From Pirellulales bacterium (GTDB lineage Bacteria; Planctomycetota; Planctomycetia; Pirellulales; Pirellulaceae): a DNA stretch of 48,466 nucleotides. The position numbers and the translations under genes are program-made. Positions 1 to 9,380 of this stretch are shown one piece after another (position 1 is the stretch's first letter; each line of letters opens with the position of its first letter). The stretch is taken from positions 1-48,466 of the forward strand of contig JBBSJZ010000001.1 of the NCBI GenBank assembly GCA_038256795.1. The letters are read 5' to 3'. Below the pieces are notes generated by a model. It saw only the letters and a program-made list of their open reading frames with translations. It had not been told where the DNA came from and made no database searches.

Positions 1-138
1 TCCTGCAACGCGAAATTGCGGCTTGGTCAGCCGATGTCAACAACAATCAGCGCGGCGTCGACTGGCAAATGAAAATCGACGACGCTCGGAACAAACTAAA
101 ATCCGTCTACCCTAAAATTCAATGCTGACAAAGCACTA
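1..138 (+). mobile_element. Right end of an IS630/Tc1-mariner-family insertion sequence, truncated by the window edge; carries the last 41 codons of its transposase (3..128)
   Basis: The frame starting at nt 3 reads LQREIAAWSADVNNNQRGVDWQMKIDDARNKLKSVYPKIQC* (stop 126-128). The W-x-(F/M)-x3-DAR-x-KL-x3-YP tail is typical of IS630-family DDE transposase C-termini (recognised from memory). GCAC|TA at 133-138 matches the GCAC|TA terminus of the second IS630-like copy at 16283-16288. Confidence 0.5.
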
Positions 139-592
139 GTAGTCTTTCAGTCTTGAATTTTAGGGTGAGCCGTTATGGCCTAGCCACGGGCCGCCAAAAA
201 GTTGGGCTTGTGGGGAATGTGGCTTGCGCAGTTTTCATCCCCAGAGGGATCGCAGAAATTAGCCGGTGGCTGAGCGAAGTGACACCACCGGATTGCAGCG
301 GCGAATCCATTCCTGATCCTGAACGGATCAAAGACCCAGCACCGAATCTGCGACCGCTTCGCGGTCGGCAGGTCCATTTGCTTTTCATCCGGATAGAAAG
401 CGGAAGGAAATTGCGACCCGCAAGAACCCATTGAGGAGACTTGAGTCGATCATCGATATTTCAACACAATTTTGTCGTTTCGAGTGATGCAATCGGCATC
501 TCTTGCCGATCTAACCAAAGTCGCTTGTGGGGGGATACTCAAACGACGTCCGCTCGACGCGTTTCACGACGCCGTGGTTCGACGTCACCATC

Positions 593-1033
593 ATGCCCAC
601 GATGAATGCACCCTCAGCTCGCAATCGCAACACGACGCATCGTCGGCTCCCCGCCGTCGTGTCTGGTCGGCTGTTGTCTTGTTTTGCCGTGGCAAGCTTG
701 CTGCAAGTCGGGTGTGTCGCACTCAACATTCCTAGCGAGCGCCATCAGGATCCCAGTGATCGCGGTGGTGTCTTTGGCGATTGGGCAAATCCCGCGCGTC
801 CCGGCCGAGTGCTCAAGGAGATCGTCATCGGTCCCGATGCTGAGCCGGGCATGGGCTGCTGTGACAGCCAACATCTAGGCGATGTTCCGTTGCTCGACGA
901 CGGTTCTTTCCACGATGGTTTCGAAGGTGATTTCGGCGGTGAGGTCGCTCCACCACCGCCGGAGGTACCGTGGCCGAAGTACCATCCACTGCCGACTCGC
1001 CCCGTCTTTGGTGGCACGGCACCCCGCCAGTAA
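593..1033 (+). CDS. Small secreted lipoprotein-like hypothetical protein
   Basis: ORF 527..1033 trimmed to ATG 593 (alternative ATG 602). Basic N-region then hydrophobic stretch ending LQVGC (lipobox-like). Pro-rich C-terminus PPPPEVPWPKYHPLPTRPVF. No recognised domain. Confidence 0.45.
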   Translation: MPTMNAPSARNRNTTHRRLPAVVSGRLLSCFAVASLLQVGCVALNIPSERHQDPSDRGGVFGDWANPARPGRVLKEIVIGPDAEPGMGCCDSQHLGDVPLLDDGSFHDGFEGDFGGEVAPPPPEVPWPKYHPLPTRPVFGGTAPRQ

Positions 1034-1274
1034 CGCTTGCGGCACGCTCATCGTCACGAGCGAAGCGGCGTTCCCTGTCAAGCCTGGTAAACCTTGCGGC
1101 GCTTCCTCTTGAGCGTCATGCCAACAGGTCGATTGTTCCGATGCAAACATCCGTGCCGGATACTCCGGTACTTGGATCACCGAGTCGTTTTCGGCTCTGG
1201 TGCGGAAAAGAAGTTGAGCTGCCGTGGCTTAACGACTCAGGTGGTTCCGAATTGCTTCGGTGGTGCGGGGATCT

Positions 1275-2678
1275 ATGCGACCGACCAACATGTTTATCCC
1301 GAGCTTGGGCCGATATCTCGCGGCTGGCCTGATCGCCAGTTCGTTGCTTCACGGCTCCAGTGTCTCGGCACAGACGTCCAGCCGCAGCGTTTCGGCTAGC
1401 CGTGAAACCGCGACCGTGAAGGCGATCCGCCGCGCCGGTCCCGCCGTGATTAACATCCACGGCCAGAAAACGGTCCGAGCGTCCGCAGCCGGTATGGCTG
1501 GTGCGGGCGGTCCCGATTCGTTTCGCCAAGTCAATGGTATGGGCACGGGCGTCGTCATTGACCCTCGTGGTTACGTGATTACGAACTATCACGTGGTCGA
1601 AGACGTCGAAGACATTCGCGTCACGCTGCAAAACGGCGAGACCACGAGCGCAAAACTCATTGCCGCTCGCATGCGAAACGATTTGGCACTCGTCAAAGTG
1701 GATGTGACAGATCCGCTACCGACGATCCCGCGGGGCACGAGCAGCGACTTGATGGTCGGTGAAAGCGTGATCGCGATCGGCAATGCCTACGGCTATGTCC
1801 ATACCAGCACCGAAGGCATCATCAGTGCCCTGCATCGTGACGTGCCCGTCAACGAACAGCAGGAGTACCAAGATCTCATCCAGATCAGTGCCGGTATCAA
1901 TCCCGGCAACTCCGGCGGTCCCCTGCTCAACATTGATGGCGAGATCATCGGCATCAACGTGGCGGTTCGTGTCGGTGCCCAGCAAATCGCGTTTGCGATT
2001 CCGATTGACCAAGTCGTCGAGATCGTGACCGAGATGATTGAGGAACACAACGAAGAACGTTTCGTCACCGGTTTGCAAACTGACGGCGGACCGCGTGACG
2101 GAGACGGCGTCGTCGTTGCCAATGTTGCCGCTAGCAGCCTCGCCGCACGGGATGGGTTGAAGCCGGGTGACCGCGTCGTCCGCGTCGGTTCGCAACCGAT
2201 CGACGATCGACTCGACTTTGCTTTGGCGGTACTGAACTCGCGAGTTGGCGATCCACTGAACATCGAAATCCAGCGTGACGGAGAGCGTTTCAGTGTCGCA
2301 ATGCAAACTGAAAACGCGCGTCCGTCTTCATCGGGCAATGAACTCGCTTGGAAGGTGATCGGCATTCAAGCCAAGCCGGTACCCGACGCTTCGATTCGGC
2401 GAATGAATGCACGCATGAAAACGGAGCACGCCGGCGGTTTGATCATTACCGCCGTCCGCCCAGGTTCTGCTGCGAGCTACCAAGGGATCCAACCCGGAGA
2501 CGTGTTGCTGGGCATCCATGGCTGGCAAACTTCATCGATGAACGATCTTGTCGGCATCCTCGAGCACCCGGAAATCAAGAGCGGTCCAAAGACGCGTTTT
2601 TACATCGTGCGTCAAGAACAAACGTTGTCGGGCCAGTTGCAACTCGCCGCCCAGTCCGGTAATTCGGACCGTCGCTAG
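1275..2678 (+). CDS. HtrA/DegP-family periplasmic serine protease with two PDZ-like domains
   Basis: ORF 1260..2678 trimmed to ATG 1275. Signal peptide ...LLHGSSVSAQ. Trypsin-like triad context NYHVVED / NDLALVKV / GNSGGPLLN. C-terminal PDZ-like segments (GLKPGDRVVRVG..., IQPGDVLLGIHG...). Confidence 0.9.
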   Translation: MRPTNMFIPSLGRYLAAGLIASSLLHGSSVSAQTSSRSVSASRETATVKAIRRAGPAVINIHGQKTVRASAAGMAGAGGPDSFRQVNGMGTGVVIDPRGYVITNYHVVEDVEDIRVTLQNGETTSAKLIAARMRNDLALVKVDVTDPLPTIPRGTSSDLMVGESVIAIGNAYGYVHTSTEGIISALHRDVPVNEQQEYQDLIQISAGINPGNSGGPLLNIDGEIIGINVAVRVGAQQIAFAIPIDQVVEIVTEMIEEHNEERFVTGLQTDGGPRDGDGVVVANVAASSLAARDGLKPGDRVVRVGSQPIDDRLDFALAVLNSRVGDPLNIEIQRDGERFSVAMQTENARPSSSGNELAWKVIGIQAKPVPDASIRRMNARMKTEHAGGLIITAVRPGSAASYQGIQPGDVLLGIHGWQTSSMNDLVGILEHPEIKSGPKTRFYIVRQEQTLSGQLQLAAQSGNSDRR

Positions 2679-2702
2679 CGGCACACGAGTTCACTCAAAC
2701 AA

Positions 2703-2783
2703 GCGAACGTCCCGGGGCAAGCTCGCCCATGCTTACCGCAGCATCCGAGCTTGCCGACCCAGCCGGGACGTTCGCCCTTTTTT
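2703..2783. terminator. Long three-tier palindrome followed by T6; candidate bidirectional intrinsic terminator between convergent genes
   Basis: Outer stem GCGAACGTCCCGG (2703-2715) pairs with CCGGGACGTTCGC (2763-2775). Middle stem GGCAAGCTCG (2716-2725) pairs with CGAGCTTGCC (2746-2755). Inner stem ATGCT/AGCAT (2729-2733/2740-2744). Followed by CC-TTTTTT (2778-2783). Lies between the HtrA stop (2678) and the DUF1592 stop (2782). Confidence 0.55.
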
Positions 2784-5247
2784 ACTTCGTCCGAAACGGC
2801 TCGCTGAGCACGATACTCTCGACTATATCTCGCAGACCGATCGCGCTCGCGGCCTCGTCAATGCAAGGACGATCGCTGGACACGACTTGGCGGCCCATCG
2901 CATAGGCAAGCATCTTCTGAGCCAGTGCTCGCGAAAATTGTGGTTGTCGCTCGACCAAGATTGCTTTGAGCTCGATGATATCGCGAAATTGCTTTCCATC
3001 GGGCAATTCGCCTGACGCATCAATCTTGATCTGACGGGCATAAGTGCTGCGCCAGCGTCCGATGGCGTCGTAATTCTCCAATGCGAAACCGAGCGGATCA
3101 ATTTTGCGATGGCACTCGTAGCACGTCGGCGATTCACGGTGCTTGGCCAATTGATCGCGAATCGATTTCGCGCCACGCGTGTCGGGATCGAGCGGTTGGA
3201 CATCCGGCGGCGGCGGTGACGGCGGTGAGCCCAAAAAGTTTTCGAGCATCCACACGCCGCGCACGACGGGCGATGTATCAATCCCGTTGGCTGAAACGGT
3301 CAACACACTCGCTTGACCGAGCAATCCGCCGCGCCGCGGATCCGTGAGGGCGACGCGATGAAATCCCGGAGATGACGGCGACGCAATTCCATAAAGCTTC
3401 GCGAGCGGCTTATTGACCAGCGCGAAATCGGCATCGATGAAGTGCTTCAACTCGAGATTCTTGTCGAGCACTTCGCGAAAGAACGACTCCGTTTCCGTTC
3501 GCATTGCCGAACCGAGATCATGGCGATAGAAGTCGACGAACCGACCACGGTCCGGCGGTGCCGAGCCGAGGTCCCGCAGCGACAACCAACTATCGAGAAA
3601 GCCGCTGACCCATGCGTCGCTGCGCGGATCGGCAATCATCCGCCGCACTTGGGTGGTCAGTGTTTCGTCGTGATCCAGTTCGCCGTCGTCCGCGAGTTGC
3701 CGGAGTTCAGCGTCGGGCATCGATGACCAAAGGAAGTAGGACAATCGCGATGCTAACGCGTGCTGAGAAAGCGTTTCGGTCCCGGACACGGTGGGTTCGT
3801 CCAACAGCAAGAAGCTGGGTGAACAAAGAATCGTCTTGAACCCGTCGACGAGTGCTGCGAGCGATGAGCGACCGCTTGCCTGGCGCGACTCGACCACTCG
3901 CATCACTTGATCGATTTCCGAAGCCGTCGCTTGGCGGCGATAGGCTAGCGACGCGAACTTTGCGATGTGCCCACGTTGTCGATCGTGATCGGCAAATTCG
4001 CCGGCGGCGAGGGAGTGAAAATCGTCGCCCAGCAGTACGCGTTGGCTCGCATGCGGCCAAGCGTCGATGACCGGGCCCTTGATCTCGATTTCGTGGATGC
4101 GGATCTGCGGTAGTTTGCCGTGCATGATGGCGGCCTGGCGGACCTCCACAATGCCTTGGGGGTTACCGGGGAATTGATCGGGGTAAGCCTTGATCAGTTT
4201 GGTCCACAGATTTCTCGCGTCCATCAGCCCATTGCGAAACGTGAACCGAGGCGTCAGTCCGCGATCCAACCAGACATTCACGGTGTACCAAGTCGGCTCG
4301 TCCACCAATTCGACTTCCGCGAGCAGCGGTTCGACAGCTTGGGGCAAATGCAGCTCGCCGGCCGCGACGTCACCTGGGACGATGCCCAACCGAAAGGGTT
4401 CATCACGGTCGGTCCCGACCAATGCTTCATCATAGGGATGAAGTCGATTGACGGCTTCGGCGCGAATCCGAATCTGGTACACGCCGTCGTGCGGGACACC
4501 TTCGGAAAACGCCAGGATCGGACCATAGGCACCTTCGGGCTTATCCGCACCGACGACATCATAGAGTGTCATGTGCTGGAAACGGTTCGACTGTTTGTGA
4601 ACGCCGTCGATCTCCGGTTGCTGGCGAAAGTTGCCTCGAAAGGTCCACGTTTGAACGTCGGGTTTCTCGAGTGGAAACAAGGCTCGGTCAATGACCTGTT
4701 CCGCCGCGTCAAGATACTTCGCGAGTAAGTGCGACGACGTCACCAGGGTATCGCCGATATTGTCGAGATGCTCCACCGTTTGGTCACGCGGGAAACGGAG
4801 CGTCGGATCGAAGATCGTGGTGTCGATTTGAAGCAGATCACGGACCGTGCTGCGGTACTCACGCGAGTTCAGTCGTCTCAGCACCGTGCGCCCCTGCGTA
4901 TCGACATTCGACGCGTGGTAGTCACGAATCACGCGGGTCAAAGTCTCGATGACTTTCGATCGTTCGTCATCCGAGGGTTGATCCGCATCGGGCGGTGGCA
5001 TCTCGGCCACGTTGATTTGGTCGAGGATGTCCTGGTAATCAACCAAGGTCGCTTCATCGCGAATGATGCTTGGCAACGCGTCGAAATCTCGACCACCTTT
5101 GGCATCGTCGCCGCTGTGACATCCGACACAGTAACTCGCAATGAACGGCGCCGCAATGTTTTGGATGCTGTCGTCATCCGCTCGCGTGGAACACGCCAGC
5201 CATCCCCAAAAAACCGGCGTCAAGCAAAGGATCAAGAATCGGTTCAT
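2782..5247 (-). CDS. DUF1592/DUF1585/DUF1587/DUF1588 (PSD/PSCyt) family protein with planctomycete cytochrome-c-like CxxCH motif
   Basis: 821-aa ORF. Signal peptide MNRFLILCLTPVFWGWLAC. Heme-type motif CVGCHSGDDAKGGRDFD. C-terminal CYECHRKIDPLGFALENYDAIGRWR typical of DUF1585. ATGA start/stop overlap with the upstream DUF1552 gene (5244-5247). Confidence 0.9.
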   Translation of the reverse strand: MNRFLILCLTPVFWGWLACSTRADDDSIQNIAAPFIASYCVGCHSGDDAKGGRDFDALPSIIRDEATLVDYQDILDQINVAEMPPPDADQPSDDERSKVIETLTRVIRDYHASNVDTQGRTVLRRLNSREYRSTVRDLLQIDTTIFDPTLRFPRDQTVEHLDNIGDTLVTSSHLLAKYLDAAEQVIDRALFPLEKPDVQTWTFRGNFRQQPEIDGVHKQSNRFQHMTLYDVVGADKPEGAYGPILAFSEGVPHDGVYQIRIRAEAVNRLHPYDEALVGTDRDEPFRLGIVPGDVAAGELHLPQAVEPLLAEVELVDEPTWYTVNVWLDRGLTPRFTFRNGLMDARNLWTKLIKAYPDQFPGNPQGIVEVRQAAIMHGKLPQIRIHEIEIKGPVIDAWPHASQRVLLGDDFHSLAAGEFADHDRQRGHIAKFASLAYRRQATASEIDQVMRVVESRQASGRSSLAALVDGFKTILCSPSFLLLDEPTVSGTETLSQHALASRLSYFLWSSMPDAELRQLADDGELDHDETLTTQVRRMIADPRSDAWVSGFLDSWLSLRDLGSAPPDRGRFVDFYRHDLGSAMRTETESFFREVLDKNLELKHFIDADFALVNKPLAKLYGIASPSSPGFHRVALTDPRRGGLLGQASVLTVSANGIDTSPVVRGVWMLENFLGSPPSPPPPDVQPLDPDTRGAKSIRDQLAKHRESPTCYECHRKIDPLGFALENYDAIGRWRSTYARQIKIDASGELPDGKQFRDIIELKAILVERQPQFSRALAQKMLAYAMGRQVVSSDRPCIDEAASAIGLRDIVESIVLSEPFRTK

Positions 5248-6533
5248 ACCGCCACGAGACCTCGCAGGGTACCGGTGCCGTGGGCGAACGAGTCGGTTTC
5301 GACACCAAATCGCTGCAGCATCGAGACGAACAAATTCGCGAGCGGAATTCGGCTTCCGCGATCCTCGGGCGAGCGCAACAAATTTCCGTGACGGAAACCA
5401 CCGCCCGCTAACACGATCGGCAAGTCGTCATTGGTGTGCGAATTTGCGTTACCCATGCCGCTTCCGAATAGCACCATGGTGCGATCCAACAGACTGCCGT
5501 CCGCATCGGGCTCCGTGATCGACGCGAGTCGATCCAAAAAGCGAGCGTATTGTTCCACTTGATAGCGTTCAATTTGCACGAGCAAGTCGATGTTGGCTTG
5601 GACCTGACCGTGGTGCGAAAGGCCATGGTAGCCTTGTTTGATGCCGAGATCCGAAGCCGCGAAGCTGCCTCCCACTTCAATGGTGGCGACGCGTGTCGAA
5701 TCGGTTTGCAATGCCAGCGCCACCAGATCATAGATTTTTGGCAGATCGCGTGTGAGACCGAGGTCCGTCGGCTCATCGAGGGACGCTTTCGGCTTGGGGA
5801 TGTCTTGCCATTGTCGATCGAGCGCCAACTTCTTTTCGACATCACGAACCGATCCGAGGTACTCGTCAAGTTTGAGTTGGTCGTTCTTATTGAGGCGTCG
5901 CGACAACCGGTTCGCGTCCGCGAGTACGGCGTCGAGAATCGAACCTTGCAAATCGATTCGATCGAACGCTTGCCGTTTGGCGCTATCGCTGCTATCGACG
6001 AACAACATCCGAAATAATTCTCGAGGCCCGGCGATGGGTGGCACGCGTGTTCCGGTTCGCGTCCAACTCATGCGGCAACCCCCATGCAGACCGCTTTCGC
6101 TACCAATGGTCAGCGAAGGAAATCGTGTCTGGGAACCGACATGCTCCGCGGCGCGTTGATCCAGGCTGATCCCGCCATCAACCATCGACTTCGCAGCCGT
6201 CGCCTTAACGCCCGTGAGAAACGTGTGGACCGCGAAGTGGCCGCCGTTCAAACCGTGATCCAAATGCGAAAAAACCGTGAAGTCGTCGCGATGATTGCGC
6301 AGCGGCTCGAGGAGCGGTGACAGCTCAAATCCTCGCTCGGCCGCCGCGTCACCCTTGACGGTAGGCCAAAACGCTCCCGGATACATCCCAAACTCGTTAC
6401 CGACGCAAACCATCCGCTGCGGCGTTTTCGCCATCGGTCGTGGCGACTCGCCACGTGATTCGAGGGTCGGCAGCGCGATCGAGATACCGGCAGCCTTCAA
6501 GAAGGAGCGGCGAGCGGTTTGCATTGCGGGCAT
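5244..6533 (-). CDS. DUF1552 (HXXSHH) family protein with Tat-type signal
   Basis: 429-aa ORF. N-terminus MQTARRSFLKAAGISIALP (twin-arginine-like). Signature YHGLSHHG. This family is the classical partner of DUF1592 proteins in Planctomycetes. Confidence 0.9.
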   Translation of the reverse strand: MPAMQTARRSFLKAAGISIALPTLESRGESPRPMAKTPQRMVCVGNEFGMYPGAFWPTVKGDAAAERGFELSPLLEPLRNHRDDFTVFSHLDHGLNGGHFAVHTFLTGVKATAAKSMVDGGISLDQRAAEHVGSQTRFPSLTIGSESGLHGGCRMSWTRTGTRVPPIAGPRELFRMLFVDSSDSAKRQAFDRIDLQGSILDAVLADANRLSRRLNKNDQLKLDEYLGSVRDVEKKLALDRQWQDIPKPKASLDEPTDLGLTRDLPKIYDLVALALQTDSTRVATIEVGGSFAASDLGIKQGYHGLSHHGQVQANIDLLVQIERYQVEQYARFLDRLASITEPDADGSLLDRTMVLFGSGMGNANSHTNDDLPIVLAGGGFRHGNLLRSPEDRGSRIPLANLFVSMLQRFGVETDSFAHGTGTLRGLVAV

Positions 6534-6714
6534 GAGTCGAAACCTAGCGAGGAGGGGCGAACACCGATTGTAGTCGAATCACACCCGCTTGCACCGCCAG
6601 CGAAGCGTCGCTCGCACCGACTCGCCAACCTATTTTTTCACTTGCGACCCAGCCGTGGAACCGGCTATAGCCTGGGTTGCCCAGTTTCGCACCGCTCGAT
6701 CACGGAAGAATTCG

Positions 6715-7875
6715 ATGCGTCCGCTCCGACACCTGCTTATCGTTGCTCTCGTCACGCCGGCGTGGTTGAGCGGATTGACATCTCCGTCACTGGGCCAGGG
6801 TTTTCAACTACCCGGCGGCGCACCGCCGCAGCCGAATTCCGGCGAGCAGCAGCAGCAGCAGCCGAGCGGTACGCCACCGAGCTACCAACAACAGCCCACC
6901 GGATCGCCCTCGTCCGGCGGTCGGCTCGTACCGGGAAACGAATTGCCAAGAACGGCGGGGCAGGAACGCCGCGATTATGATTTGCGTCCCTACACGGGGT
7001 ACCTCAGCAAACACAATCGTCCGGAACAGGCGATCATCGATTGGATTTTGCGTGAAACGGGGCCCGAAGTTTGGTTCACGGAGCCGTTCGGTTACATGAG
7101 CGCCGATCGCGATACGTTGACCGTTTACCACACTCCGGAAATGCACCAAGTTGTCAACGGTATCGTGGACCGATTCGTCGCGGGTGAGCGTGATCCGCAA
7201 GTCATGAACTTGCGCGTGATGACGGTCGGAAATCCGAATTGGCGTAGCCGAGCACACATGTTGATGCAGCATGTCAACGTCGACTCGGCGGGTGTCCAGG
7301 CTTGGCTACTCACCAAGGAAAACGCGGCTCTCGTGCTGAACATGCTTCGCCAACGAACCGACACTCGCGAAGTTCAATCGCTGGACATCATCACGCACAA
7401 TGGCCAAACCGAAAAGCTCGCCAGCATCCGGGGCCGCAACTACGTTCGCAACATTCGCCCCGCCCCCACGGGCTGGCCACCGTATGAACCGGAAACCGGT
7501 GAAGTCCAAGAGGGGTATCAACTCGAGATGAGTCCATTGCTCAGCACCGATGGTCGCAAATTGGATTGCATGATCAAAGCCAGCATTGACCAAGTCGATA
7601 AACTGGTGCACGTGGATTTAGATCTACCGCTGCCGAGTGGGCAAGCGCATCGAGCGAGGATCGACGTGCCGCAGGTGGTGAGCTGGAGGTTGCACGAACG
7701 GTTCCGGTGGCCCTCGGACATGGTGCTACTGCTCTCGTGTGGGGTCGTAGCCAGCCCCGAACGGCCCCAATCGTCGATTCCGTTGCTCAACATTGGTTCG
7801 CTCACGGGCACGACGGCAGGTCGCGCAGATGCCCTTTTGTTCATCGAATTCGCGGCCGAGCCTCGAATAATCTGA
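6715..7875 (+). CDS. Secreted protein with secretin-like (GspD/PilQ-type) motifs; functional assignment tentative
   Basis: ORF 6589..7875 trimmed to ATG 6715 (GGAAGAA 6-12 nt upstream). Signal peptide MRPLRHLLIVALVTPAWLSG, then a Q/P/S-rich linker. By-eye matches to secretin N-domain (ADRDTLTVYHTPEMHQVVNGIVDRF...QVMNLRVMTV) and secretin C-domain patterns (EVQSLDIITHNGQTEKLASIRGRNYV; GYQLEMSPLLSTDGRKLDCMIKASIDQV; DMVLLLSCGVVA). Confidence 0.6.
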   Translation: MRPLRHLLIVALVTPAWLSGLTSPSLGQGFQLPGGAPPQPNSGEQQQQQPSGTPPSYQQQPTGSPSSGGRLVPGNELPRTAGQERRDYDLRPYTGYLSKHNRPEQAIIDWILRETGPEVWFTEPFGYMSADRDTLTVYHTPEMHQVVNGIVDRFVAGERDPQVMNLRVMTVGNPNWRSRAHMLMQHVNVDSAGVQAWLLTKENAALVLNMLRQRTDTREVQSLDIITHNGQTEKLASIRGRNYVRNIRPAPTGWPPYEPETGEVQEGYQLEMSPLLSTDGRKLDCMIKASIDQVDKLVHVDLDLPLPSGQAHRARIDVPQVVSWRLHERFRWPSDMVLLLSCGVVASPERPQSSIPLLNIGSLTGTTAGRADALLFIEFAAEPRII

Positions 7876-8031
7876 GCACAACACCGCTCGTGCCCCAGGT
7901 CGCCAACGGTGACACCGGGTCCAGTCGCGGCCGGTATTAGCGGCACCCTTTCCTTTTCGCGACGGACCCTTCAAACTTGCGAGCCGCCGTTCTTGCAAAG
8001 CAACCTTTTGACTCCCCCCTTCAAATCGTCC

Positions 8032-9345
8032 ATGGATACAGCTTCCCCACGCCGAGTCGTCATCACGGGTGCGGGCGTCGTGAGCCCGCTCGGGAACGAT
8101 CCGCAATTACTGGCGTCGTCACTTCGCAATCGAGTCAGCGGGATCCGCCCGTTGACCCAGGTTCCGCACGGCGTGTTCGGCGTCGATCACGGTGCCGAGG
8201 CGACCGAGTTCAGCGGTGATATCGAGAACTACGGCCCCCTCGAAAAAACGTTGCAGCGAACGATTCGCAAGGGCACCAAATTGATGTGCCGCGAGATCGA
8301 GATGGGCGTCGCGGTGGCACAACTGGCGATGACCCAGGCCGCGTTGACTCCGGAAAATCGTGATCGCGATCGTACCGGCGTCATTTACGGGTGCGATTAC
8401 ATCATGTCGCTGCCCGAGGAATTCGCTGAGGGCATTCGTCGCTGTTTGGATGCCGACGGCGTGTTCAGCTTCGCCAAGTGGGCCGAACTGGGACTGCCTC
8501 AAGTCAATCCGCTGTGGCTACTGAAGTACTTGCCCAACATGCCGGCCAGCCACATTGCCATCTACAACGATCTTCGTGGGCCGAATAATTCGATCACCGT
8601 TCGCGAAGCGTCCAGCGGCGCTGCGCTCGCTGAAGCGTTCTCGACAATCAATCGTGGGCACGCGGATGTCTTGGTCGTCGGCAGTACCGGATCACGCATC
8701 CATCCGCTGCGGACCCTGCACGCTTCGATGCAAGAGAACCTGGCGTCGGATCGCAGCGATTTCGACAAGATGAGTCGACCGTTCGATGTCTCTCGTGATG
8801 GCAGTGTGCTCGGCGAAGGCGCCGGTGCGATCGTTTGCGAAACACTCGAGCACGCTCAAAATCGCGGTGCCACCATTCTCGGCGAAGTCGTCGGCTATGG
8901 CAGCAGTAATGTCGGGGAAGCCGCTGGCAAGGATCACCTGCAACGAGCCTTCATCAACGTCATGCGTGCGGCACTGGGTGGTGCCGATCCCAAATCCGTC
9001 GGACACATCAACGCCCATGGTTTGGGCACGCCCGAATCGGATCGTCAAGAAGCACTCGCCATCCAAACTCTCTTTGGTGATGCCATCGACCAGCCACCCG
9101 TGACGACCGTAAAAGGCCACATCGGCAATCTGGGTGCTGGCTCAGGCATGGTCGAAATCATTGCCAGTCTCACATCGCTCGGTGGCCAGCTCTTCCCGAT
9201 TCTCAACTGCGATGAACTCGATGCGGCTTGCCCCATCAACGCTTGCGTCACCGACAACGTGCCCGCGGGCGACTCGTTCCTGAGCGTCAACATCACGCCC
9301 CAAGGCCAAGCCGCCGCGGTCCGTATCCAGCGCTGCGCCGGTTAG
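8032..9345 (+). CDS. Beta-ketoacyl-ACP synthase I/II-like protein lacking the catalytic cysteine
   Basis: ORF 7909..9345 trimmed to ATG 8032. N-terminus RRVVITGAGVVSPLGN. Both catalytic His contexts are present (INAHGLGTPESD, VKGHIGNLGAGSG). The nucleophile motif T-A-C-x-S-G is REASSG here. Confidence 0.85.
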   Translation: MDTASPRRVVITGAGVVSPLGNDPQLLASSLRNRVSGIRPLTQVPHGVFGVDHGAEATEFSGDIENYGPLEKTLQRTIRKGTKLMCREIEMGVAVAQLAMTQAALTPENRDRDRTGVIYGCDYIMSLPEEFAEGIRRCLDADGVFSFAKWAELGLPQVNPLWLLKYLPNMPASHIAIYNDLRGPNNSITVREASSGAALAEAFSTINRGHADVLVVGSTGSRIHPLRTLHASMQENLASDRSDFDKMSRPFDVSRDGSVLGEGAGAIVCETLEHAQNRGATILGEVVGYGSSNVGEAAGKDHLQRAFINVMRAALGGADPKSVGHINAHGLGTPESDRQEALAIQTLFGDAIDQPPVTTVKGHIGNLGAGSGMVEIIASLTSLGGQLFPILNCDELDAACPINACVTDNVPAGDSFLSVNITPQGQAAAVRIQRCAG

Positions 9346-9380
9346 GCTTCGTGGACGAGCGTCGTTTTCGGTAAAACCCG

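Noticed and set aside
153-434. Mutually antisense ORFs 153..434 (+, 93 aa) and 180..431 (-, 83 aa) just after the IS end
   Set aside because: They overlap completely and have no Shine-Dalgarno and no domain. The + frame motif GIAEISRWLSEVTPPD resembles peptide strings I recall from spurious ORFs read across interspersed repeats in Pirellulaceae genomes (memory only, unverified). More likely a non-coding repeat or spacer; BLASTN against the same genome would settle it.
4120-5391. Long plus-strand ORFs (202 and 220 aa) opposite the DUF1592 gene, plus similar antisense or alternative-frame ORFs at 1716-2365, 17882-18601, 28069-28776, 28935-29627, 37090-37842 and 41419-41763
   Set aside because: All lie inside strongly supported genes with clear family motifs. 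They are Arg/Ser/Pro-rich as expected for off-frame reading of GC-rich coding DNA, and have no start context.
6589-6714. Upstream extension of the secretin-like ORF (TTG 6589)
   Set aside because: ATG 6715 has a purine-rich ribosome-binding site and gives a proper signal peptide. The extension is Arg/Thr-rich with no features.
6847-6861. (CAG)5 trinucleotide repeat
   Set aside because: It is in frame and encodes QQQQQ within a low-complexity linker. It is too short to claim contingency behaviour and is noted only as part of the secretin-like protein.
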